Shown here piece after piece: positions 20,227 to 26,881 of a stretch of 35,643 bases of DNA. Source of the DNA: a virus (taxonomy: Duplodnaviria; Caudoviricetes); the IMG/VR virus record IMGVR_UViG_3300032320_002072, positions 1 to 35,643 of that record; one strand, 5' to 3'. The position numbers were made by a program, and so were the translations under genes. The notes beneath the pieces were generated by a model. It had not been told where the DNA came from. It was given only the letters and a program-made list of their open reading frames with translations, and made no database searches. How positions within the stretch are numbered: position 1 is the first letter of the stretch; every line of letters starts with the position of its first letter.

Positions 20227-20563
20227 TACAACACAGGTTTGTTTACCAACACCAGTAGCCAGACAAGTGGCTAAAGATTTATTACGCTATGATGGATGTA
20301 TAGAAGAAATAAAACTTCTTGAATCTAAAATTGATAAATTACAAGATATCTCAAAAGTAAAAGATGTTATGCTAGAGATGCATGAAGAAAAGGATACTAA
20401 TAATCAATATATTATTAAGCAACTAGAACTTCAAGTACAACAGTATGATAAACTTTCTGACGATTTGCATAAAGAATTAAAACAACAGAGGACAAAATCA
20501 TTCTTATGGAAGGTTGGTACTTTTCTTGGAGTAGTCACCTCTTCATATCTTCTTATAAAATAA
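20129..20563 (+). CDS. Putative second spanin-like component
   Basis: Signal peptide, coiled coil and hydrophobic C-terminus; overlaps the previous gene by 98 nt. Confidence 0.45.
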   Translation: MKKLILLTSFLILSWNTFSQTATTQTLTVVKTDTTQVCLPTPVARQVAKDLLRYDGCIEEIKLLESKIDKLQDISKVKDVMLEMHEEKDTNNQYIIKQLELQVQQYDKLSDDLHKELKQQRTKSFLWKVGTFLGVVTSSYLLIK

Positions 20564-20564
20564 G

Positions 20565-20596
20565 TTTGGCTCCCTAAGGGAGCCTTCGTACATTTA
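20565..20596 (+). promoter_or_regulatory. -33/-7 promoter with a GC hairpin in the spacer
   Basis: TTTG(20565)-N20-TACATTTA(20589); the spacer holds GGCTCCC-TAA-GGGAGCC. Confidence 0.65.
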
Positions 20597-20614
20597 AGTA
20601 TTAAAATAAAAGTT

Positions 20615-21130
20615 ATGATATACAATCCTTCTTGCTCACAAGAACAATTAGAAAAAAAATTTAAAAAGTTACGTAAACTAAATTACAATGCTTTTAGATG
20701 GTGGAGAATGTATGATGATCCTAAACCATTATTACCTAAGCAATCTCCTTTATTAGACAAAATTAAAAACGGTGATTTTGATTATTCTCACTATAATTAT
20801 CAAGCTATGTGGTGTGAACATGAAATGAATAAAGTTCACGATAAGTTTGGATTTGAGGATATGGGACGTTATGTAGCAGAAACTTCATTACTTCGTTCAC
20901 GTAGAAAACGTTTATTAGAAGATCATTATAAGGAAGAAGATAATAGATTAGAATCAATTACTACTGAATTATCAAAAGCCTTTAGAATCACTAAAGATGA
21001 AGTAAAAACTCTGATGGAGGAATTTGATGGTACGCTAGAAGAGTTGTACATTCACTTACAACAAAAATACCCTTTCAATAAATTTTATTTACCAAAATCA
21101 TTAAAACATTTACAATCACGTTATGATTAA
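20615..21130 (+). CDS. Hypothetical protein
   Basis: 171-aa ORF after a promoter motif, with a GTTATG start. Confidence 0.7.
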   Translation: MIYNPSCSQEQLEKKFKKLRKLNYNAFRWWRMYDDPKPLLPKQSPLLDKIKNGDFDYSHYNYQAMWCEHEMNKVHDKFGFEDMGRYVAETSLLRSRRKRLLEDHYKEEDNRLESITTELSKAFRITKDEVKTLMEEFDGTLEELYIHLQQKYPFNKFYLPKSLKHLQSRYD

Positions 21131-21911
21131 AATTTCACACGAATTACCACTTAGCCTACTAGAATATAGTATGGATTGGAATGATTATGAGTATTGTTTA
21201 CCACATCTACTAGACAAACACTCAGATTACAGACAATATTTTTTAGATTCAAGAGAAAGAGACAGATTTATTATTATGGATAATGGCCTTTTTGAGGGAG
21301 TAACTCACACTACCCAAGATCTACTTGAAAAAATCGATTTAATTAAACCCGATATTTTTATTGTTCCTGACGAATGGAATGATTCAGCAATTACTGCTAG
21401 AAATGCTAAACATTGGTTACAATATAAGATGCCAATGCGTACTAAATTAATGATAGTATTGCAAGGAAAAACCGTGAGTGATATACATTTATTGTACCAA
21501 CAATGTGTGGATTTAGGTTATACTCATTTTGCTTTTAATCATTCCTCTATTGTTTACCAAGAATTAGGTGGATCTGAAAATGCCTTAGCTAATCAATCTG
21601 TTGGAAGAGTACTATTAATTCAATACTTATTACAGCAAAAAGTAATTAAAGATCATCATTATATTCACTTATTATGAGCTTCAACACCACAAGAATTTAC
21701 ATTCTACAGAGATGCAGTACCTAATTTAATTAATTCAGTTGATACTTCAAATCCAATTATTTGTGGTGCTTTAGGTATTAAATACACTGAATTTGGTTTA
21801 TTAGAAAAACCTAAAGAAAAAATTGAAGAATTTATGGAAGAAAATTTGGATTCTAAATTAGAAGATATTATATTTAATGTAAATAAATTTAAAGAATTTT
21901 GTAACAAATGA
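21123..21911 (+). pseudogene. TGT/DpdA-like TIM-barrel gene interrupted by an in-frame TGA at 21675-21677
   Basis: IMDNG, VPD, VLQG, IHLL[TGA]AS and SVDTS motifs; the frame stays open for 77 codons after the TGA, to a stop at 21909-21911. Confidence 0.65.
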
Positions 21912-22048
21912 TAAAGTTTTATTTAATACAATTAATAAATTATCCACTTAAATGGTTTGGTTATAGATATCAAAGAATGGTCGAAATAGATTATGAAACA
22001 TTTGAAATGATTTATCACCCTTGGGAATTAAAAAAATTAAAAAAATGA
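21908..22048 (+). CDS. Small hypothetical protein (46 aa)
   Basis: ATGA overlaps at both ends; translated by hand. Confidence 0.45.
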   Translation: MIKFYLIQLINYPLKWFGYRYQRMVEIDYETFEMIYHPWELKKLKK

Positions 22049-22197
22049 GTGAAGTTATAAATCATATTTGTGGGGCTTGTGGGGAAAATCATCCCCATAT
22101 TTTCAACTTTTCTGCTTTTTTAGTTGGAGTAGCAGGATATTTTTCGTATATTAAATTTACAATAAAAAATAAATTAAAGTTATGGACAAAAAATTAG
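22045..22197 (+). CDS. Small membrane protein with a His/Cys motif (50 aa)
   Basis: MSEVINHICGACGENHPHIFNFSAFLVGVAGYFSYIKF...; ATGA overlap with the previous ORF. Confidence 0.5.
   Translation: MSEVINHICGACGENHPHIFNFSAFLVGVAGYFSYIKFTIKNKLKLWTKN
22123..22154 (+). promoter_or_regulatory. -33/-7 promoter
   Basis: GTTG(22123)-N20-TATATTAA(22147). Confidence 0.5.
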
Positions 22198-22517
22198 TAT
22201 CACTATTAGTAAAATCATCCCCTAGTTCGATTTTTACAAAACAAAACGTATTAGAAATTATTAATTTAATTACAGAACCAGTTATGGAAAAAACAGTAGA
22301 ACAAAAACCTTATATGATGTCATTGTATGACTATTTAGGTAGAGCAGCAGGAAAACAATTAGGATTAGAAGTAGCTGCTACTGCTGCTGCATTAAGAGAA
22401 GTTATTGAAGAAAGATATGTTGAAAATCCTGCTTATAGAGGGAATGTACATTTATATCGTAGAGAATTTTTAGATGAGTATTTTGGAAAAAAAGTATATG
22501 AAGGAGAACAAAAATAA
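22182..22517 (+). CDS. Hypothetical protein
   Basis: 111-aa ORF; alternative GTTATG start at 22284. Confidence 0.6.
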   Translation: MDKKLVSLLVKSSPSSIFTKQNVLEIINLITEPVMEKTVEQKPYMMSLYDYLGRAAGKQLGLEVAATAAALREVIEERYVENPAYRGNVHLYRREFLDEYFGKKVYEGEQK

Positions 22518-23394
22518 GAAACATGTAGTCCTTTCACTGAGTGGGGGCATGGATAGCAGCACTTTATTACTTAGATGTCTAAAAGAGTATGATAGTGTAA
22601 CAGCTATCTCATTTGACTATGGTCAAAAACACAGAGTAGAGCTAGAGAGAGCTCAATCATTAATAAATTATATTAAAGAGGAAACTCCATCACAAACAGA
22701 ATTACGTTATCATCAAATTAAACTAGACGGATTAGTTGATCTACTAGATTCAGCTTTGGTAACAGGAGGTGAAGATGTGCCTGAAGGTCACTATGCAGAA
22801 GATAATATGAAAGCAACAGTTGTTCCTAACAGAAACAAAATATTTGCTTCTATTACTCAAGCAGTAGCTTTATCAGTTGCAAATCGTACAGGAGAGACTT
22901 GTGATATTGCTTTAGGTATTCACGCTGGAGATCATGCAATTTATCCTGATTGTAGACAAGAATTTAGAGATGCAGATGATGCAGCCTTTAGAATTGGGAA
23001 TTGGGAAGCAGAAAAAGTAGGTTATTTTACACCTTACTTGGAAGGAGATAAATTTACTATCTTGCAAGATGGAGAAGTATTATGTAAAGAGTTACTATTA
23101 GATTTTGATGAAGTTTATTCAAGAACTAATACTTCATATAAGCCAATCTTATGGAAATGGACAGGAACAGATAATACCTTATATGAAAAATGGTACTCTG
23201 ATTATAAATCAGCATCTTCAGTAGAACGTATTGAAGCATTTATTAAATTAGGAAGAAAAGATCCAGTTGATTATGCAGACGAAACAGGACCAGTAACATG
23301 GGAGGTAGCAAGAAATGCAGTTCAAAAAGTATTAACAGAACATAGTAAACCAACTGGGGTAAATTCAATGTGGGTTGAAACAAGAACTTTTTAA
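22498..23394 (+). CDS. queC: 7-cyano-7-deazaguanine (preQ0) synthase
   Basis: SLSGGMDS, FDYGQKH, VPNRN and YPDCR motifs; ATG at 22498 preferred as start. Confidence 0.92.
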   Translation: MKENKNKKHVVLSLSGGMDSSTLLLRCLKEYDSVTAISFDYGQKHRVELERAQSLINYIKEETPSQTELRYHQIKLDGLVDLLDSALVTGGEDVPEGHYAEDNMKATVVPNRNKIFASITQAVALSVANRTGETCDIALGIHAGDHAIYPDCRQEFRDADDAAFRIGNWEAEKVGYFTPYLEGDKFTILQDGEVLCKELLLDFDEVYSRTNTSYKPILWKWTGTDNTLYEKWYSDYKSASSVERIEAFIKLGRKDPVDYADETGPVTWEVARNAVQKVLTEHSKPTGVNSMWVETRTF

Positions 23395-23414
23395 TAGGAT
23401 TAACAAAACATATT

Positions 23415-23543
23415 ATGAAAAAAATATTAGACAATATCAGTAAATATGTCACTAAGTGGTGGCAAGGAGTAGATAAACAAATGCTATTTTGGCAAGTATT
23501 AGCAGCAATATTAGTAATTTGGTCCATTTACAGTAATACATAA
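23415..23543 (+). CDS. Small membrane peptide (42 aa)
   Basis: MKKILDNISKYVTKWWQGVDKQMLFWQVLAAILVIWSIYSNT; fills the intergenic gap. Confidence 0.45.
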   Translation: MKKILDNISKYVTKWWQGVDKQMLFWQVLAAILVIWSIYSNT

Positions 23544-23547
23544 AAAA

Positions 23548-23579
23548 GTTGGATAAGTAAAATAAATTTCGTATATTTA
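23548..23579 (+). promoter_or_regulatory. -33/-7 promoter
   Basis: GTTG(23548)-N20-TATATTTA(23572). Confidence 0.65.
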
Positions 23580-23609
23580 AGTATAATAATAATAATAATA
23601 AAAACAAAC

Positions 23610-23768
23610 ATGAAAAAAGTATTTTTAGCATTAGCCATTATGGCTTTAGTAACAGTAAGTTGTAAAAAAGTAGAAACAACTGCTACAACAACAGTAGATT
23701 CAACAACAGTAAAAGTTGATACTGTAAAAGTAGATACTACAGCAGTAGACACTACAGCTGTAAAGTAA
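23610..23768 (+). CDS. Small Bacteroidota-type lipoprotein (52 aa), not in the ORF track
   Basis: MKKVFLALAIMALVTVS-CKKVETTATTTVDSTTVKVDTVKVDTTAVDTTAVK; lipobox Cys. Confidence 0.8.
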   Translation: MKKVFLALAIMALVTVSCKKVETTATTTVDSTTVKVDTVKVDTTAVDTTAVK

Positions 23769-23776
23769 TTTACAAT

Positions 23777-23924
23777 AGTCAGGTGGCGGAAATAGGTGCT
23801 GATGTACTATTAATAGACGAGGCTTAATATCCTAATGGTAGACGCTCGCAGTCAGATATGTGAATTTGTGCTGACCTCTCAACCATGAGATGACAAAATA
23901 CAGGTTCGAATCCTGTCCTGATTT
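23777..23924 (+). ncRNA. tRNA-like RNA with an expanded D-loop and a non-canonical anticodon region
   Basis: Acceptor stem AGTCAGG/CCTGATT; TGGCGGAA...GGTAGACGC D-arm; perfect T-arm ACAGG-TTCGAAT-CCTGT; 148 nt in total. Confidence 0.75.
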
Positions 23925-23935
23925 CAAATTTTATG

Positions 23936-24267
23936 ATTACCGTTCTTTGAATTTAAAAAATAAAACTATGGAACAAATTTTAGCATTTGTTTTAGGGGTT
24001 AGTGCAGTTGCCTTTGTATGGGTAGTTGTGGTAGCGTTTAGAACAGCAAAGTTAGCAAAACAAAATGAAACCAGTATTCGAAATCTAGAAGAATGGATTT
24101 CTAGAAACGATGAATCAATAAATCGTAGAATTGATCAAGAAATTGATCGAGTAAATGATTTACACACAGACAGCATTAGACACACTGATTCCAGAGTAGA
24201 TAAACTGGAATTAAAGATTACAACAAAAGAAACTTTATACGGATAAATTAACCCAAAGAACGGTAAT
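23936..24267. repeat. 14-bp perfect inverted repeat flanking one ORF
   Basis: ATTACCGTTCTTTG (23936-23949) / CAAAGAACGGTAAT (24254-24267). Confidence 0.85.
23968..24246 (+). CDS. Membrane-anchored coiled-coil protein (92 aa)
   Basis: MEQILAFVLGVSAVAFVWVVVVAF TM segment followed by a charged helix; the track's start at 23890 lies inside the tRNA-like element. Confidence 0.7.
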   Translation: MEQILAFVLGVSAVAFVWVVVVAFRTAKLAKQNETSIRNLEEWISRNDESINRRIDQEIDRVNDLHTDSIRHTDSRVDKLELKITTKETLYG

Positions 24268-24268
24268 T

Positions 24269-24760
24269 ATGAAAAAACTATTATACATATTATATTTTAT
24301 TCCACTACTATGCCATTCTCAGAATATCATAATAGGAGATTCACAAACACCATACATTGATAAAAATTCAAATAAGGTAGAAAAAGTGAGATCCTTATGG
24401 AAAGGAGGAATCGCAGTTGATAAATTGACCTCAATGGTTTCAAATTATCAAACATCTCCTAAAGTAAAGAATATAGTTTTATGTATAGGAACAAATAACA
24501 ATTTCCGAACAGGAAATATTAAACAGTTATTTAAAGCAGTAAAGAAAATTTTTCCAAATGCTACCATTTATGTAATAAAAGGATCATGGGGTTGGGGAGG
24601 AAATAAAGGAATAACAGAAGAAAGAGTAAACAAGTATTATAAACAATATGAACAAGAAGGAGGAATCATAATAAATCCAGCAATAGGAAGAAATGAACCT
24701 CATCAAAATTTAACAGTTTATAAAACAATAGGACAGCAGTTAGATAATATTTTAAAATAA
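24269..24760 (+). CDS. Secreted SGNH/GDSL-like hydrolase
   Basis: Signal peptide; IIGDSQ, CIGTNN and a C-terminal EPH. Confidence 0.7.
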   Translation: MKKLLYILYFIPLLCHSQNIIIGDSQTPYIDKNSNKVEKVRSLWKGGIAVDKLTSMVSNYQTSPKVKNIVLCIGTNNNFRTGNIKQLFKAVKKIFPNATIYVIKGSWGWGGNKGITEERVNKYYKQYEQEGGIIINPAIGRNEPHQNLTVYKTIGQQLDNILK

Positions 24761-24818
24761 ATTAAAAAAAGTTCGTATATTAAATAAAAATAAAAGTTAT
24801 TAATTTTAAATCATAGTT

Positions 24819-25730
24819 ATGAAGAATTCGTTATCGTCAAAAGGGTTATCAATGTCTCAAGCACAATCAATCTCTAATTTGTGCAATCAAAGAGCAAAAG
24901 AGATTTCTACTAAGTTAGACAATATCAACAACGTAGAGAAGACTTTATCAATAGGTACTGAAACCTATATTGAAACACAAGGAAATCCTATTCCAGATAA
25001 CGTAGTATACTTACTACAAGAAAAAGCTAGCTTATCTGCTACTCAAGCATTCTTGATGGAAAATATCAAGGCTAAGGATGAACTAATCAATGAGATTAGA
25101 TTTGAGGTATTCGATTATGGTGTAGAAGAGCCACTAAGACCAAAAGAGGTAAGTGAAGTACTTCCAAGTGAAGTAGGAGAAGAATTTGGATGGGATCAAT
25201 TAACTACAGCCGAGTATAACGAATACTTAGAGGCAGAAGCATACGCTTCACATATTGGCCAGTTCATCCATAAGAGAGGAACTCTAGATCGATTAAGAGC
25301 TGAACTTCCAAACATTAAAACTTTGGAGTTTATGGAGATTGAAGTAGGAAAGAAAACTCCACTAAAGGTAACTATTCACCATACTTCGGAGCAATTGCTT
25401 ACTATCCATGAAGAATTAGCTGCCCTACATAGAGGGTATGAGCAAAGAGTAAATTACTTTAAAGCTAAAGTAAAAAATGCTGTAACTTCTGAGAATGCAA
25501 GAATTCAAAGAGAACGAGCTGAAATCCAATCTACAGCAAATGCTGAGAATGAAAAACTACGTAGAGAGTATGCTGATGCTTGTAGCAAATTCTATGAGGA
25601 GAGAAAAAAAGCTTCTCAAGAATTCGAAGCTAAAAGACAGGAAAGAATCCAAGAAGCTGCAAATCTAAAGATTAATGTAGCTGAGAGATTCCAGGGTGTT
25701 ATTGATACGTTCTTGGATCAATTAAAATAA
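24819..25730 (+). CDS. Alpha-helical/coiled-coil hypothetical protein (303 aa)
   Basis: E/K/R/A-rich helical pattern; upstream TTCGTATATTAA motif; GTTATG start. Confidence 0.8.
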   Translation: MKNSLSSKGLSMSQAQSISNLCNQRAKEISTKLDNINNVEKTLSIGTETYIETQGNPIPDNVVYLLQEKASLSATQAFLMENIKAKDELINEIRFEVFDYGVEEPLRPKEVSEVLPSEVGEEFGWDQLTTAEYNEYLEAEAYASHIGQFIHKRGTLDRLRAELPNIKTLEFMEIEVGKKTPLKVTIHHTSEQLLTIHEELAALHRGYEQRVNYFKAKVKNAVTSENARIQRERAEIQSTANAENEKLRREYADACSKFYEERKKASQEFEAKRQERIQEAANLKINVAERFQGVIDTFLDQLK

Positions 25731-25734
25731 TTTG

Positions 25735-26043
25735 GTGCTAAGGAGGTAAGCACAAGCCGATCCTCCAAAGCTTTATGCTGGGATAGTGGAGTCTTTAAAT
25801 ATAAACTATTTGATATCAAATCAATCATATAAAAGACAGAATGGCCCCGTGCCATTTGTAAACTCGCTTCCTTACAAACTTCCAAAACTGAGATAGAACT
25901 CAACCGCTAGACATGTTACTCCTGAGGGAGACTAAAAGTGGCTAACAACTTTGAGACTTAGTTTTTGTCCTTGCCTTTGTGGTAAGGAAGGTCTTTGACC
26001 TTGATTTAGATTTTGGCATAGTCTATATGCTTTACATCCCAGC
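25735..26043 (+). ncRNA. Large structured non-coding RNA candidate
   Basis: Nested helices GCTGGGAT/ATCCCAGC, CTTCCTTAC/GTAAGGAAG, AAAACTGAG/CTTAGTTTT and CTCAA/TTGAG, plus local hairpins; 5' pseudoknot; no sense ORF of note. Confidence 0.75.
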
Positions 26044-26060
26044 GACAAAATCATTAACAA

Positions 26061-26086
26061 AAGGCTTGCTTAGGCAAGCTTTTTTT
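26061..26086 (+). terminator. Intrinsic terminator overlapping the next promoter
   Basis: AAGGCTTGC-TTAG-GCAAGCTTT followed by a T run. Confidence 0.75.
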
Positions 26087-26096
26087 CGTATATTTA
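26065..26096 (+). promoter_or_regulatory. -33/-7 promoter
   Basis: CTTG(26065)-N20-TATATTTA(26089). Confidence 0.6.
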
Positions 26097-26116
26097 AGTA
26101 TTAAAATAAATAAGTT

Positions 26117-26287
26117 ATGAGAGGAAAAAGAACATGGTGTGAAGATATATCACCCACTCTAAAATCAATTAGAACGTCTAAGAAACACGGAAAAACAGTG
26201 GAGATAAACGGTCTACAGTATGAGTATGTGGGAGATGATATGTTATTTTGTTTAAAAACTTTTCGCATAAAAAAGTTGGATACTTAA
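26117..26287 (+). CDS. Small hypothetical protein (56 aa)
   Basis: MRGKRTWCEDISPTLKS...; follows a promoter motif, GTTATG start. Confidence 0.55.
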   Translation: MRGKRTWCEDISPTLKSIRTSKKHGKTVEINGLQYEYVGDDMLFCLKTFRIKKLDT

Positions 26288-26306
26288 AATATTCTTCGTA
26301 TATTTA
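26275..26306 (+). promoter_or_regulatory. -33/-7 promoter
   Basis: GTTG(26275)-N20-TATATTTA(26299). Confidence 0.65.
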
Positions 26307-26332
26307 AGTATAGAAATTTATAAATAAAGGTT

Positions 26333-26518
26333 ATGAAAACCACAGACTATTTTATTAAACAACTCCGAGCAATCGGTAACGGATTTATACCTCCAAATAT
26401 ACAACAAGCTGTTGTAAATGCTATTGATACAAATCAATACGAAACATGTTCAGAATATCATTACTTCAGAATAGTAGAAGGAAAATATAAAGAGTGGTTA
26501 ATCAGATTAAAAAATTAA
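26333..26518 (+). CDS. Hypothetical protein
   Basis: 61-aa ORF after a promoter motif. Confidence 0.6.
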   Translation: MKTTDYFIKQLRAIGNGFIPPNIQQAVVNAIDTNQYETCSEYHYFRIVEGKYKEWLIRLKN

Positions 26519-26529
26519 AAATAAAAGTT

Positions 26530-26874
26530 ATGTTTAAAAAATTATTCAAGTACAAACCAACACATCAAGAACAACAATTTATAGATATTGTTTCTAAATT
26601 ATTAGAACATCCTAAAACATCTTTAAAAATGACACCGCTTACAGATAAGTACTTCCTTATCAATGAGCAGAAACACTACTATATCTTACTTCAGAATAGC
26701 GGAATTCAGCTAACAAATACTAAATTCTCTTTTTGTAAATCAATTCATCCAAAAGCATATGATATGGTTATAAAAAATATTCATACACATATGGAAGTAA
26801 ACAGACAGATTTTAGAGGATAAGCTATTTAAGAATGAAACAACTATGCTGGATACAGTTTTAAATAATTTATAA
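26530..26874 (+). CDS. Hypothetical protein
   Basis: GTTATG start at 26530 preferred over the track start. Confidence 0.65.
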   Translation: MFKKLFKYKPTHQEQQFIDIVSKLLEHPKTSLKMTPLTDKYFLINEQKHYYILLQNSGIQLTNTKFSFCKSIHPKAYDMVIKNIHTHMEVNRQILEDKLFKNETTMLDTVLNNL

Positions 26875-26881
26875 AATATTT

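Noticed and set aside
21675-21677. Genome-wide TGA-to-Gly recoding (code 25)
   Set aside because: All other conserved genes are intact under code 11, and TGA acts as a stop in ATGA overlaps at 21909, 22046 and 28025.
23583-23601. (TAA)n run as a phase-variable repeat
   Set aside because: It is short, lies in an A/T-rich leader downstream of the promoter boxes, and cannot alter spacer length or reading frame.
23777-23924. tmRNA, tRNA-Sec or a canonical tRNA with an assignable anticodon
   Set aside because: No G3-U70 pair, no tag frame within the element, no 7-nt anticodon loop and no TCA anticodon in position.
25721-25741. -1 frameshift at A TTA AAA extending the 303-aa protein
   Set aside because: The heptamer is imperfect and the -1 frame stops at 25739-25741.
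25735-26043. Retron msr-msd, group I intron or preQ1 riboswitch
   Set aside because: No reverse transcriptase in the window, no interrupted gene or recognisable intron core, and the pseudoknot lacks the preQ1-I consensus as I recall it. An Rfam search is still needed.
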